A stretch of 64,000 bases of DNA from an uncultured Kofleriaceae bacterium (GCA_964446175.1 CAYUNM010000034.1:15115-79114), one strand, 5' to 3'; positions 19,863 through 29,755 are shown, numbered from the stretch's first letter. The notes: generated by a model from the letters alone, not told the origin. Translations and numbers: made by a program.

Positions 19863-20839
19863 CGCTGCTTGGCGAGCAGCTTACATGCGAGCGGTGCGTG
19901 GTAGCTGATGATCATGTCGGAGCCGGCGCGGCGGATGCCGAGCAGCGTCTCCATGACCACGCGCTCGCGATCGATCCAGCCCTTCTCGGCGGCCGCCTCG
20001 ATCATCGCGTACTCGCCGCTGACGTTGTACGCGGCGATCGGCATGTTCACCTCGTCGCTGACCGCGCGGATCACATCGAGGTACGCGAGCGCCGGCTTGA
20101 CCATGATGATGTCGGCGCCCTCGGCGACGTCGAGCGAGACCTCGCGCAGCGCCTCCGCGACGTTGCCCGGATCCATCTGGTGGCCGCGGCGGTCGCCTTC
20201 CTGCGGCGTCGAGTCGACGGCATCGCGGAACGGCCCGTAGTAGCCGCTCGCGTACTTCGCCGAGTACGCCATGATCGCGACCTGATCGAAGCCGTCCTCG
20301 TCGAGGCTCTCGCGGCACGCGGTCACGAACCCGTCGAGCATGCCGCTCGGCGCGACGACATCGACGCCCGCCTTCGCGTAGCTGACGACCGTGCGCGCGA
20401 GGTTCTCGAGCGACGCGTCGTTGTCGAGCTCGCCGTCGTGCAGGATCCCGCAGTGGCCGTGGTCGGTGTACTCGCAGAAGCACGCGTCGGCCATCACGAC
20501 GAGCTCGGGGCGCGCCTTCTTCACGGCGCGGATCGCCTTCTGGATGATGCCGTTGTCCTTCCACGCCTCGCTGCCGACGGCGTCCTTCTTCTCGGGCACG
20601 CCGAACAGGATCACGGCCGGGATACCGAGGTCGGCCGCGGCCGCCGCTGCATCGACCATCTTGTCGATCGAGTAGTTGAACTGCCCCGGCATCGACGGGA
20701 TCGGCTTGGCGACACCCGAGCCCGGCACGCAGAAGAGCGGATAGATGAAGTCGCTGGGCGACAGCCGCGTCTCGCGGATCATCCGGCGGAAGTTCTCGGT
20801 GCGCCGCATCCGGCGCGGCCGGTAGTCGGGGTAGTTCAT
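19856..20839 (-). CDS. hemB: Porphobilinogen synthase (delta-aminolevulinic acid dehydratase)
   Basis: MNYPDYRPRRMRRTENFRRMIRETRLSPSDFIYPLF... is a full-length HemB pattern (327 aa). ATG at 20839 overlaps the hemD stop. Confidence 0.93.
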   Translation of the reverse strand: MNYPDYRPRRMRRTENFRRMIRETRLSPSDFIYPLFCVPGSGVAKPIPSMPGQFNYSIDKMVDAAAAAADLGIPAVILFGVPEKKDAVGSEAWKDNGIIQKAIRAVKKARPELVVMADACFCEYTDHGHCGILHDGELDNDASLENLARTVVSYAKAGVDVVAPSGMLDGFVTACRESLDEDGFDQVAIMAYSAKYASGYYGPFRDAVDSTPQEGDRRGHQMDPGNVAEALREVSLDVAEGADIIMVKPALAYLDVIRAVSDEVNMPIAAYNVSGEYAMIEAAAEKGWIDRERVVMETLLGIRRAGSDMIISYHAPLACKLLAKQRW

Positions 20840-21543
20840 CGTCCTATCGGATACACCGAGCGGACCGCCTGCGCTATTCCCTCCGGCGTCGGCGTGGCCG
20901 CCACCGCGACCTCGGTACGACCCGCACCGCGCACCGCGGCGGCCGTCGTCTCGCCGATCGCACACATCTTCGTACGCAGCTCGGGAATCCGCACGATCTG
21001 CGCGAGTGCAGCCACTTGCGACGGCGCGAACACGCAGCACACCGCCGCCGCGCCGCCCACGAGCAGCTCGCGCCCTCGCTGGATGGCGGGGTCGTCCGCC
21101 GCGACGGGCACGGTGCGATACGCGATGACGTCGATGACCTCGGCGCCGGCCGCGCGCAGGATCTCGAGCGGCTCGGTGCGCCCCTCCTCGGCGCGCGGCA
21201 CGAGCACGCGCTTGCCGGCGACGCCCGCCTTCACGAGCGCACGCGCGAGCCCCGCGCCGTCGACGACCTCGGCCGGCACGTGCGCCGGCAGCTTCGCGAT
21301 CTCGAGCGCACGCTTCGTCGCGGGCCCCACCGCCCAGATGCTCGCCGCCTCGATGCCGCTCTTCACGAGCAGGTGCGCCGCGCGCGGGCTCATCACGACG
21401 ACGACATCGGCACGCTGAGGCGTCAGCGCACCGGCGATCTCTACCGTGCGAGTCACCGGCATCGCCACGACCTCGAGCGGCGCGAGCGCGCTCGCGTAGC
21501 CCACCGCATCCGCCGGATCCCTCGTCAACACCGCGTACGCCAT
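20836..21543 (-). CDS. hemD: Uroporphyrinogen-III synthase
   Basis: About 235-aa two-lobed HemD-like sequence directly upstream of and overlapping hemB. ATG at 21543 (a GTG at 21552 is also possible). Confidence 0.75.
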   Translation of the reverse strand: MAYAVLTRDPADAVGYASALAPLEVVAMPVTRTVEIAGALTPQRADVVVVMSPRAAHLLVKSGIEAASIWAVGPATKRALEIAKLPAHVPAEVVDGAGLARALVKAGVAGKRVLVPRAEEGRTEPLEILRAAGAEVIDVIAYRTVPVAADDPAIQRGRELLVGGAAAVCCVFAPSQVAALAQIVRIPELRTKMCAIGETTAAAVRGAGRTEVAVAATPTPEGIAQAVRSVYPIGR

Positions 21544-21556
21544 CGCCACCACAGTG

Positions 21557-21572
21557 TGGCACGGAGCGTGCT
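21557..21572 (+). promoter_or_regulatory. Sigma-54-type -24/-12 promoter-like motif TGGCACGGAGCGTGCT
   Basis: GG at 21558-21559 and GC at 21570-21571 have canonical spacing. It sits in the 41-bp hemD/DUF4112 divergent gap. The predicted start site is about 21583, 2 nt before ATG 21585. Confidence 0.2.
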
Positions 21573-21584
21573 CTATTTCCGGAT

Positions 21585-22001
21585 ATGCCCGATCCCGATC
21601 GCGAGCTCGCCCGGGTACGCACGCTGGCGCGCGTGATGGACGGCTACTTCGTCGATCCGCTGATCGGCCTCGTGCTGCCGGGCATCGGCGACGTGATCGG
21701 GTCGCTGATCGGCTTCTACACGGTGTTCGTCGCGTACCGGCGGCGCGTCTCGCCGGTGATCATCGCGCGCATGATCCTGAACCTCGGCATCGACGCCGTG
21801 CTCGGGATCATCCCGCTCGTCGGCGACGTGTTCGATCTCGGCTTCAAGGCGAACCAGAAGAACGTCGCGCTCCTCGAGCAGCGGCAGACGGGCCGGGCAA
21901 CCGGCCGCGACTGGCTCGTCGTGGCGGGCGCGACAGCGGCCTATCTCGCCGTGATGGCGCTCGCCGTGTGGGGCGTGGTCGCGCTCGTCCGCGCGCTGTA
22001 G
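21585..22001 (+). CDS. DUF4112-like small membrane protein
   Basis: LARVMDGYFVDPLIGLVLPGIGDVIGSLIGFY...IIPLVGDVFDLGFKANQKN matches the DUF4112 pattern. Confidence 0.7.
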   Translation: MPDPDRELARVRTLARVMDGYFVDPLIGLVLPGIGDVIGSLIGFYTVFVAYRRRVSPVIIARMILNLGIDAVLGIIPLVGDVFDLGFKANQKNVALLEQRQTGRATGRDWLVVAGATAAYLAVMALAVWGVVALVRAL

Positions 22002-22013
22002 TAGCGTCCGGGC

Positions 22014-22499
22014 GTGCGCATCCACGTCTTGCTGTTTGCCCTGGCCGCTTGTTCGTCGGGCGCGAAGCACGACGACGCCCCCGCCACGCCGGTCGCGCCC
22101 GCCGCGGCAGCGGCAAAGCCCGCGAACCAGCCGAAGGTCTCGATCGACACGCCGCGCGGCCCGGTCACGGTCGATGTCGAGATCGTGTCGACGCCCGCGA
22201 AGATCGAGAAGGGCCTGATGTACCGCCAGTACCTCGCGCCCGACGCCGGCATGCTGTTCCTGATGGGCAAGGAGAAGGCGTGGACGTTCTGGATGCACAA
22301 CACGCTCATCCCGCTCGACATGATCTTCATCACGAAGGACATGACGGTCGCCGGCGTCGTGCACGACGCGGAGCCGAAGACGGACACGCTGCGCCAGGTC
22401 GAGGCGCCGTCGCTCTATGTCCTCGAGGTCAACGGCGGCTACACGGCGAGCCACGGCGTGATCGACGGCGCGAAGGTCCGCTTCGAGAACGTCCAGTAG
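22014..22499 (+). CDS. DUF192 family lipoprotein
   Basis: Lipobox LFALAAC. GLMYRQYLAPDAGMLFLMGKEKAWTFWMHNTLIPLDMIFI is the DUF192 core. Confidence 0.75.
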   Translation: MRIHVLLFALAACSSGAKHDDAPATPVAPAAAAAKPANQPKVSIDTPRGPVTVDVEIVSTPAKIEKGLMYRQYLAPDAGMLFLMGKEKAWTFWMHNTLIPLDMIFITKDMTVAGVVHDAEPKTDTLRQVEAPSLYVLEVNGGYTASHGVIDGAKVRFENVQ

Positions 22500-25235
22500 T
22501 CAGTGCGCGCTGCCCGCGCCCGAGCCGGGGCCGTCGGGGATGTAGGGCGGGATCTCGACGGGCACGGTGATCGTCTGGTGATCCGGCGCGCCGTTGATCG
22601 TCGCGGCCGCGCAGAATGCGGGCAGCTTGTCGCCATGGCGCTCCATGTAGCCCATCGCGCCCATGCCCTGCACCTCGATCGGATACGGCACGACGCACGC
22701 GCTGTACGTCCCCGGCGCGACTTCCGTGAGCTTCGCTGGCTCGCCGCCGCGGATGATCGTCAGCTGCGACGCGCCCGCGCCCGCCGCGGCGACCTTCAGC
22801 TGCAGCTCGCTCGCCGTGCGCGCCGTGATCGTGCCGCTGACGAGCCACGAGACCGCGACGCCGAGCTTGCCCGCCTTCGGTGCCGCGACGAGGTCGACCT
22901 CGACGTTGCCCGGATCCACCGTGAGATCGGCGTGGACCTCCTGCCCCGACGGCACGACGACCTCCTTCGAGTAGAACTTCATGCCGCTCATCGGCATGCC
23001 GACGGTCGCGGAGACCTTGTACGTGTCGGGCGCGAGCTTGTCGTAGCGATAGCTGCCGTCGGGGCCGGACGCGACCGCGTAGATCGCGCCGGGCGTCGTC
23101 GTCGACTGGCACGACACGAACACGCCCTCGACCGGCTTGCCGTTCTGGCGGAGCGCGCCGGAGAGCGCGCCGAACGGCTGGAGCTCGAGCACGAGCTCGC
23201 CCTGGCCCGGCATCTCCGTCGGGATGCGCAGCGCCTTGCTGCGGCCGTATGCAGGGTGCTCGGCGGTGATCGCGAGGTCGCCGTCGTTGAAGCCGGCGAG
23301 CGAGAAGCCGCCGTTCTGATCGGTGGTCGTCGACTTCGCGCCCCGCCCCATCGGCCCGAAGCTCGCGCTGTTCGTCGAGCCGTTGCCGAAGATCTGGCGG
23401 CCCGCGTAGACGGTCGCGTCGGGGACGGGCGTGCCGTTCGCGACGACCACGCCCGCGAGCGTGCGGCCCTTCTGCACGCTGATCGTGCCGACGTCGGTCG
23501 TCTTGCCCGGCTCGACGAGGACGCTGACCGCGCGTGTCTCGAACAGCGGGCCTCGCACCTGCAGCTCGTACGTCTGCGGTGCGAGCGCGTCGAGCACGAA
23601 CTCGTCGGTCGCGACGAACGATTGCTGCGTGATGCCGACCGAGATCGTGAACGCGTCGGGGCGCGTGCCATCGGAGAGCGCGACCTTGCCTTTGATGCCG
23701 CCCTCGGGCTGCAGCACGAGCCTGAGGTCCTTCGTGCCGGTCTCCGCGACCGTGCCCTCGGTCGTGCCGCGGCGGCCGCGACTCGCCGCGTGCGCGCGCA
23801 TCGCGGTGACCATGTAGCTGCCGGGCGCGAGGCCCGTGAGCGTGAACTTGCCCGAGCCGTCGGTCAGCTCCTGCGGGAAGCCGCGCATGCGGAAGTTCTG
23901 GAAGTCGCCCATGCCGCGCTGGTCGCGGAAGTTCGGGCCGGCCGAGACCTGCACGCCCTCGACGGGCTGACCCTGCGGATCGACGACGATGCCGCTGATC
24001 GTGCCGGTCACGTCGATCACGAGCTTGACGTTCGACACGTCGCCGTTCGTCGTGTCGACGTCCTCGCTCTTGCTCGCGCCGGTCTCGTGCATCGCGACCG
24101 CGACGAGCTCGTGGCGCGGCAGGCCCTTGATCTCGAACGCGCCGTTGCCGTCGGAGTACGCCTGGCGCGGCGGCTCGAAGATCATGCCGCGGCGAGACGC
24201 GCGGCCGACGCGCACGCGCGCCGAAGCGACCGGCTTGCCCTGCAGATCGACGACGGTGCCGCGCACGGTGGCGCCCGCGCCGAGCGTGATGAGAACGCCG
24301 GTGTGCTCGTGCTTGCCGTCGAGCGTGACGATCGCGGTCTGGCCCGGCGCGTACTCGCCGTGCGTCGCCGCGAACCGGAAGCTGCCGGCGCCGAGCGCGT
24401 CGAAGCGGAAGCTGCCGTCGGCGCCGCTCGTGACGCCGTCGTAGCGGCCGTCGGCCTGCTGGCTCCAGTCGCTCGCGCCGTGGAACGTCACGCGCGCGCC
24501 CGCGATGCCGGCGCCCTTCTCGTCGACGACGCGCCCCGCGACCGGCGCGCCCGGCATCAGGATGAGCTTGACCGAGTGCTCGCCGGCGCCGACCTGCACC
24601 CACTGCAGCGAGCGCGCGAGGCCGTCGGCCCACGCCGCGACCTGGTAGCCGCCGGGGACGACCGGCTCGAACGTCGTCACGCCGTTCTTCGTCGCCTGGC
24701 GCTGCGAGTCGGTGCCGCGCAGCTCGACGGTCGCGCCATCGATCGGCTTGCTGTCGCCGCCGACGACCGTCACCGTGACCTTCGCGCCAGGGCGCAGATG
24801 TAGGACCACCGGATCCGACTTCTCGGTGAGCCGCGCCGTGACGGGGCCGGCGATCCCCTGCTTGGCACGCGCGGTCAGCGTGTAGGGGCGTGCGACCAGC
24901 GCGTCGAATGCGAAGCCGCCGTCGGCCTCCGTCGTCGCGGTGCGCGGCGGATTGCTGCCGAGCACGACGGTGGCAGCCGCTACTGGACGGTCGTCAGCAT
25001 CGAGGACTTCCCCCTCGAGCCGCAGCGTGCCCTTCGGATCGTCGTCGACGAGCACGGCGGGTTGTGACTCGCGGTCGTCTGGCCGCTCTCGGTCGCCGCG
25101 CGCGCTCTCGTGAGGAGTTGTTACCGCGGCCTTCGCGGCTGCCGGCTGCTGTGAGGAATGACGCAGGAGGAGCGCCCAGATCGCCACTGCACCGACGACA
25201 AGCGCCGCGATCACGGCGAGCACCCGCTTCCGCAT
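22500..25235 (-). CDS. Membrane-anchored protein with about 9 tandem carboxypeptidase-regulatory-like (CarboxypepD_reg) beta-sandwich domains
   Basis: N-terminal TM helix (VIAALVVGAVAIWALLL) followed by repeats of the form G.V.D..G.PV.GA.V.......TD..G.F....L..G.Y.V.A. Confidence 0.75.
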   Translation of the reverse strand: MRKRVLAVIAALVVGAVAIWALLLRHSSQQPAAAKAAVTTPHESARGDRERPDDRESQPAVLVDDDPKGTLRLEGEVLDADDRPVAAATVVLGSNPPRTATTEADGGFAFDALVARPYTLTARAKQGIAGPVTARLTEKSDPVVLHLRPGAKVTVTVVGGDSKPIDGATVELRGTDSQRQATKNGVTTFEPVVPGGYQVAAWADGLARSLQWVQVGAGEHSVKLILMPGAPVAGRVVDEKGAGIAGARVTFHGASDWSQQADGRYDGVTSGADGSFRFDALGAGSFRFAATHGEYAPGQTAIVTLDGKHEHTGVLITLGAGATVRGTVVDLQGKPVASARVRVGRASRRGMIFEPPRQAYSDGNGAFEIKGLPRHELVAVAMHETGASKSEDVDTTNGDVSNVKLVIDVTGTISGIVVDPQGQPVEGVQVSAGPNFRDQRGMGDFQNFRMRGFPQELTDGSGKFTLTGLAPGSYMVTAMRAHAASRGRRGTTEGTVAETGTKDLRLVLQPEGGIKGKVALSDGTRPDAFTISVGITQQSFVATDEFVLDALAPQTYELQVRGPLFETRAVSVLVEPGKTTDVGTISVQKGRTLAGVVVANGTPVPDATVYAGRQIFGNGSTNSASFGPMGRGAKSTTTDQNGGFSLAGFNDGDLAITAEHPAYGRSKALRIPTEMPGQGELVLELQPFGALSGALRQNGKPVEGVFVSCQSTTTPGAIYAVASGPDGSYRYDKLAPDTYKVSATVGMPMSGMKFYSKEVVVPSGQEVHADLTVDPGNVEVDLVAAPKAGKLGVAVSWLVSGTITARTASELQLKVAAAGAGASQLTIIRGGEPAKLTEVAPGTYSACVVPYPIEVQGMGAMGYMERHGDKLPAFCAAATINGAPDHQTITVPVEIPPYIPDGPGSGAGSAH

Positions 25236-25343
25236 CGCGGCGGAGTATGGCCCGGATCACGTCCACGGGCGTGAAGACTCGCTTATTGTGCAGCGACGGG
25301 GTTCTGCGATAGAACCACGGTCACCATTACGAGGGGATTTTCA

Positions 25344-26309
25344 ATGGCCTTCCGTCCGCTTTTGCTCGCGTCTGCCCTGATTCCGATGTCGCTCGTCGCC
25401 TGCGGTGGCAGCGACGGTACGCCGACCCCCGAGGGCGCGCACACGCATTACATCGCGAACAAAGTCAACGTTCCGACGTCGAGCACCGAGAGCCGCGAGT
25501 ACGGCCTCGATCTCAACGGCGACGGCACCGTCGACAACCAGCTCGGCGCGACGCTCGCCGCGCTGAAGTCGCAGGGTAACTTCGACATCCAGGGCACGAT
25601 CGATACCGCCGTGAACGAAGGCAGCATCATCCTGCTCGTCGACTTCCAGACGAAGAGCTTCACGAGCTCGTCGGCGGCCGGCATCCAGGTGTTCCTCGGC
25701 GACAAGGCGCAGACGACCCCGGCGCCGTGCAACGGCTCGGCGGACACGACCTGCGGTCATCACCTGACCGGCACGGCCTCGACGGCGATCTCGGCGACGA
25801 GCCCGAACAACGCGGCGCTCGCCGGCAAGATCGTCGGCGGAACGTTCACCGGCGGCCCGGGCAAGCTCTCGCTCCAGATCTCGCTCGGCGGCAACGCGCC
25901 GATCCAGCTCGATCTCATCGGCGCGAAGGTCAAGGCCAGCGGCATCACCGATACGACGATCGGCGGCGCGATCTTCGCCGGCGCGATCAGCAAGGATGAC
26001 ATCGACAACAAGATCATCCCGGCGATCCCGCCGCAGCTGAACATCACGATCATGCGCGACTGCAACGCGCCGACGATGCCCCCGGGCTGCGGCTGCACCA
26101 GCGGCTCGACGGGCGCGACGATCATCAGCTTCTTCGACGCGAACAAGGACTGCACGATCACGCCGGAAGAGCTGAAGATGAACAGCCTCGTCATGAGCCT
26201 CCTGCAGCCGGACGTCACGATCGATGGCGTCATGGCGCTGTCGCTCGGCATCAAGGCGACGGCCGTCGGCGCGATGTTCACCGTCTCGGGCCAGGGCTCG
26301 GGCGCGTAA
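25344..26309 (+). CDS. Lipoprotein, unknown function (321 aa)
   Basis: Lipobox MSLVACGG, SD-like GAGGGGA before the ATG, Gly/Thr/Ile-rich secreted-protein composition. No family recognised. Confidence 0.6.
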   Translation: MAFRPLLLASALIPMSLVACGGSDGTPTPEGAHTHYIANKVNVPTSSTESREYGLDLNGDGTVDNQLGATLAALKSQGNFDIQGTIDTAVNEGSIILLVDFQTKSFTSSSAAGIQVFLGDKAQTTPAPCNGSADTTCGHHLTGTASTAISATSPNNAALAGKIVGGTFTGGPGKLSLQISLGGNAPIQLDLIGAKVKASGITDTTIGGAIFAGAISKDDIDNKIIPAIPPQLNITIMRDCNAPTMPPGCGCTSGSTGATIISFFDANKDCTITPEELKMNSLVMSLLQPDVTIDGVMALSLGIKATAVGAMFTVSGQGSGA

Positions 26310-27296
26310 TCAGCGCTGCCGGTCCGGCGTCGTCGCCTGACTCGCAGCGAGGTGCGCGGCACCGACGAGCCCGGCGTCATCGCCGAGCTCGGCCAGCACC
26401 ACGGAGAGCGGCCCCCACGAGGGGCCGTTCGTCGTTTCGGCCATGTGCTCGCGCACCATCGCGACGAGCGCCGGCGTGCGCGACAGGACGCCGCCGCCGA
26501 GCACGAGCCGCTCGGGGTTGAGCAGCGCGACCGCGTTGCCGAGCGTGATCGAGAGCAGCGGCGCGAGCTCCTGCCACAGCGCGCGCGCCCACGGATCGCC
26601 GGCGGCCGCGAGCCGATCGACATCGGCCGGCGTCCCCGCGGTGCCCGTCTCGCGGGCGATGCGCGCGAGCAGATAGCTGCCGCCGACGTACGCCTCGATG
26701 CAGCCGCGCTGCCCGCACTGACACGGCGCCGCGTCGCGATCCCAGCGCACCTTCGTGTGGCCGATCTCGCCGGCCGCGTTCGTCACGCCCTCGACGAGCG
26801 CACCGTTCGCGACGACGCCGCCGCCGATGCCCGTCCCGACGTACACGCCGAGCACGTCGCGACAGCCGCGCGCCGCCCCCGCGACGAGCTCTCCCCAGAT
26901 GATCGCGTTGACATCGTTGGTGACGGTCAGCGCGTAGCGCGCGCCCAGACGCGCCGCGAGCAGCCGCCCGAACGGCACGTCGCGCCAGCGCAGGTGGGGC
27001 GAGTTGGCGACGGTGCCGGCGCGGTCGGAGAGCATCGCGGCGATGCCGATGCCGACGGGCCCGCCCGGCGCCAGGCTCTCGACGACGCGCGCGACGTTCT
27101 CGACGATCGTCTGTGGATCGCGCGGCTCACCGACTGGTTCGCGAACCGCGCCGCCAACCAGCCGCGCGCTCTTCGATCCGCCGCCCGCGCCACCCCCACC
27201 ATCGCCGGCGCCGCCAACCTCGACGAGCGCCGCGCGCAGGTTCGAGCCGCCGAGATCGATACCAACTGCTGGCTGCTGGGATCCGCCGGATGCCAT
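26310..27296 (-). CDS. ROK family sugar kinase (glucokinase-like)
   Basis: VGIDLGGSNLRAAL N-terminal ATPase motif and the ROK Cys motif (CQCGQRGCIEAY). Confidence 0.8.
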   Translation of the reverse strand: MASGGSQQPAVGIDLGGSNLRAALVEVGGAGDGGGGAGGGSKSARLVGGAVREPVGEPRDPQTIVENVARVVESLAPGGPVGIGIAAMLSDRAGTVANSPHLRWRDVPFGRLLAARLGARYALTVTNDVNAIIWGELVAGAARGCRDVLGVYVGTGIGGGVVANGALVEGVTNAAGEIGHTKVRWDRDAAPCQCGQRGCIEAYVGGSYLLARIARETGTAGTPADVDRLAAAGDPWARALWQELAPLLSITLGNAVALLNPERLVLGGGVLSRTPALVAMVREHMAETTNGPSWGPLSVVLAELGDDAGLVGAAHLAASQATTPDRQR

Positions 27297-27332
27297 CTAG
27301 GCCTCGAGCTGTTGCGCGCTACGCGACCACAT

Positions 27333-28685
27333 CTACTTCGCGGCCGCGATCTCGCGCTCAATCCGCGCGCGGATCTCGGCGAGCCGCTCCGGCGTGTCGG
27401 CCTCGCAGCGCATGACGAGCGCCGGCTGCGTGTTCGACGCACGCACGAGGCCCCAGCCGCCCTCGAACATCGCGCGCACGCCGTCGATGTCGACGACGCG
27501 CGTGACATCCGGCGCCGCCTTCAGCGCCTTCGTCACGGCCGCGACCACCGCCTGCTTCTTGTCGTCGGGGCAGTCGACGCGGATCTCCGGCGTCGTCACC
27601 GTGACCGGCAGCTCGTTGGCGCGATCGACGAGCGGAATCTCGCCGCGCGACAAGAGCTCGAGCAGGCGCGCGCCGGCGTAGATCGCGTCGTCGAAGCCGA
27701 GCCAGCGGTGCGCGAAGAACAGGTGCCCCGACATCTCGCCGGCGAGCAGCGCGCCGGTCTCCTTCATGCGCGCCTTGATCAGCGAGTGACCGACCTTCCA
27801 CATCTCGACCTGGCCGCCCGCCCTCGCGAGCTCGTCGTACATCGCCTGCGAGCACTTGACCTCGCCGACGAGCTTGGCGCCCGGGACCTCGAGCAGCAGC
27901 GCCTTGCCGAGCAGGATCATCAGCTGGTCGCCCCACAGGATGCGGCCGGTGCTGTCGACGGCGCCGAGGCGGTCGGCGTCACCGTCGAGCGCGATGCCGA
28001 GCTCGGCGCCTTCCTCGGCGACCTTCGCGATCAGGTCCGCGACGTTCTCGGGCTGCGTCGGATCCGGGTGGTGGTGCGGGAAGCGGCCATCGAGCTCGCA
28101 GTAGAGCGGGATGACGTCGAAGCCGAGCCGGCGATAGAGCGAGACGGCGGTCGGGCCGCCCGCGCCGTTGCCCGCGTCGACGACGACCTTGAAGCGGCGC
28201 GCGCCGAGGCGCAGCTCGCTCGCGGCGCGATCGAGGTACGCGGCGGTGACGTCGCGCGAGTGGAGCGCGCGGTGCGGGTGCGGCAGCGGCGACTTCAGGA
28301 TCTCGGCGACCTCGTCGCGCAGCGCCGCGATGTCGGGGCCGTGCAGCGCTTCCCGGCCCGCGAGGATCTTGAAGCCGTTGTCCTCGGGCGGGTTGTGGCT
28401 GCCCGTGATCATCACGGAGGCGGCCGGCTCGAGGTGGTGCGCGGCGAAGTAGAGGACGGGCGTCGGGACGACGCCGATGTCGGTGACGTCGGCGTGGACG
28501 CGCAGGCCGTCGGTCAGCGCCGCGAACAGGCGCGGCGAGTGCAAGCGCGGATCGCGCCCGACGACGACGGTCTGGCCTTCGACGCGCTTGCCGATCGCGA
28601 TGCCGAGCGCGTGCACCGTGGTGTCGTCGAGGTCGCGCTCGGCGACCCCACGGATGTCGTACTCGCGAAAGCTGCGTGGGTTCAT
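27333..28685 (-). CDS. manB: Phosphomannomutase / phosphoglucomutase
   Basis: FREYDIRG, active-site TGSHNPPEDNGFK, metal loop DGDADR. Confidence 0.88.
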   Translation of the reverse strand: MNPRSFREYDIRGVAERDLDDTTVHALGIAIGKRVEGQTVVVGRDPRLHSPRLFAALTDGLRVHADVTDIGVVPTPVLYFAAHHLEPAASVMITGSHNPPEDNGFKILAGREALHGPDIAALRDEVAEILKSPLPHPHRALHSRDVTAAYLDRAASELRLGARRFKVVVDAGNGAGGPTAVSLYRRLGFDVIPLYCELDGRFPHHHPDPTQPENVADLIAKVAEEGAELGIALDGDADRLGAVDSTGRILWGDQLMILLGKALLLEVPGAKLVGEVKCSQAMYDELARAGGQVEMWKVGHSLIKARMKETGALLAGEMSGHLFFAHRWLGFDDAIYAGARLLELLSRGEIPLVDRANELPVTVTTPEIRVDCPDDKKQAVVAAVTKALKAAPDVTRVVDIDGVRAMFEGGWGLVRASNTQPALVMRCEADTPERLAEIRARIEREIAAAK

Positions 28686-28719
28686 CTGTCGCTCTCCCTG
28701 TCGCTTCGCTCCAGGTCCG

Positions 28720-29748
28720 TCAGAGGTACCTCGCCAGGCCGCGCGCCGAGAGCGCGTCGATGACCTTGCGGACGTCCTGGGCCTGGTCCTTCTTGATCAC
28801 GAGGATCGCGTCGCCGCTCTTCACGACGACGATGTCGCTGAGGCCGACGACCGCGATGATGCCGTCGTCACCGACGACCACGTTGTCCTTGCCTTCGATC
28901 ACGATCGCGTTGCCGACGATCGTGTTGCGCGCCGCATCCGTGCCGCGCACGGCGGGAAGCGCGGCCCACGAGCCGACGTCATCCCAGCCGACCGCCGCCG
29001 GCACCGTCACGATGCCGCTCGCCTTCTCCATCACCGCGTGATCGATCGAGATCGAAGGCAGCGTCGGGTAGAGCGTCTTCGCGAGCTCGGGGTTCGCCGC
29101 GATCTCGCGGACCGCGCGGCCGGTGCCCGGCAGGTGCTGGTCGAGCTCGGCGAGCAGGCGATCCGCGCGCGCGCAGAAGATGCCCGCGTTCCACAGGTAG
29201 CGCGTGCTCGCGACGTACTGCGCGGCGGTCGCCGCGTCGGGCTTCTCGACGAACTGCAGCACCGGCGTGACCGTGCCCGGCGTGGTCGCCTCGACCTCGA
29301 GGTAGCCAAAGCCCGTCTCGACGCGCGTCGGCGTGATGCCGACGGTGGCGATCGGTCCCTGCTCCGCCGCGTCCATCGCGATGCCGAGGATCTTCGCGAG
29401 ACCGGCGCGATCGGTGACGTGCTGGTCGGCGGGCAGGATCGCGAGCACGGCGTCGGGGTCGCGCGCGAGCAGGATCGCGGCCGCGAGGCCGATCGCGGCC
29501 GCGGTGTTGCGGCCGACCGGCTCCGCGATCACCTCGGAGCCCGGCAGCAGCGCGCGCGTCGCCTCCGCCTGCGACTCGGCGGTGACGAGCACGACGTGCT
29601 GCGCGACCTGCGCGCCGAGCTGCGCGGCCGCCGCGACCATCGGGACGCCGTCGGCAGCGAGCGCGAGCAGCTGCTTGGGACGCGCGCGGCGGCTCGCCGG
29701 CCAGAGGCGGGTGCCGCTGCCACCCGCGAGGATCACCGCATGTCTCAC
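28720..29748 (-). CDS. manC: Mannose-1-phosphate guanylyltransferase (short form)
   Basis: N-terminal AVILAGGSGTRLWPASR and an overall nucleotidyltransferase pattern. 342 aa without the C-terminal isomerase/cupin part. Confidence 0.85.
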   Translation of the reverse strand: MRHAVILAGGSGTRLWPASRRARPKQLLALAADGVPMVAAAAQLGAQVAQHVVLVTAESQAEATRALLPGSEVIAEPVGRNTAAAIGLAAAILLARDPDAVLAILPADQHVTDRAGLAKILGIAMDAAEQGPIATVGITPTRVETGFGYLEVEATTPGTVTPVLQFVEKPDAATAAQYVASTRYLWNAGIFCARADRLLAELDQHLPGTGRAVREIAANPELAKTLYPTLPSISIDHAVMEKASGIVTVPAAVGWDDVGSWAALPAVRGTDAARNTIVGNAIVIEGKDNVVVGDDGIIAVVGLSDIVVVKSGDAILVIKKDQAQDVRKVIDALSARGLARYL

Positions 29749-29755
29749 AGCGGAA

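Noticed and set aside
20840-21622. N-terminal 261-aa extension of the hemB ORF (19856..21622) and similar extensions of the nuoF (to 9377), nuoE (to 9835), pilD (to 38278), kinase (to 31696), S41 (from 45644) and smpB (to 43693) ORFs.
   Set aside because: The extensions are Arg/Gly-rich, overlap the neighbouring real gene in another frame, and homologous family sequence begins at an internal start codon.
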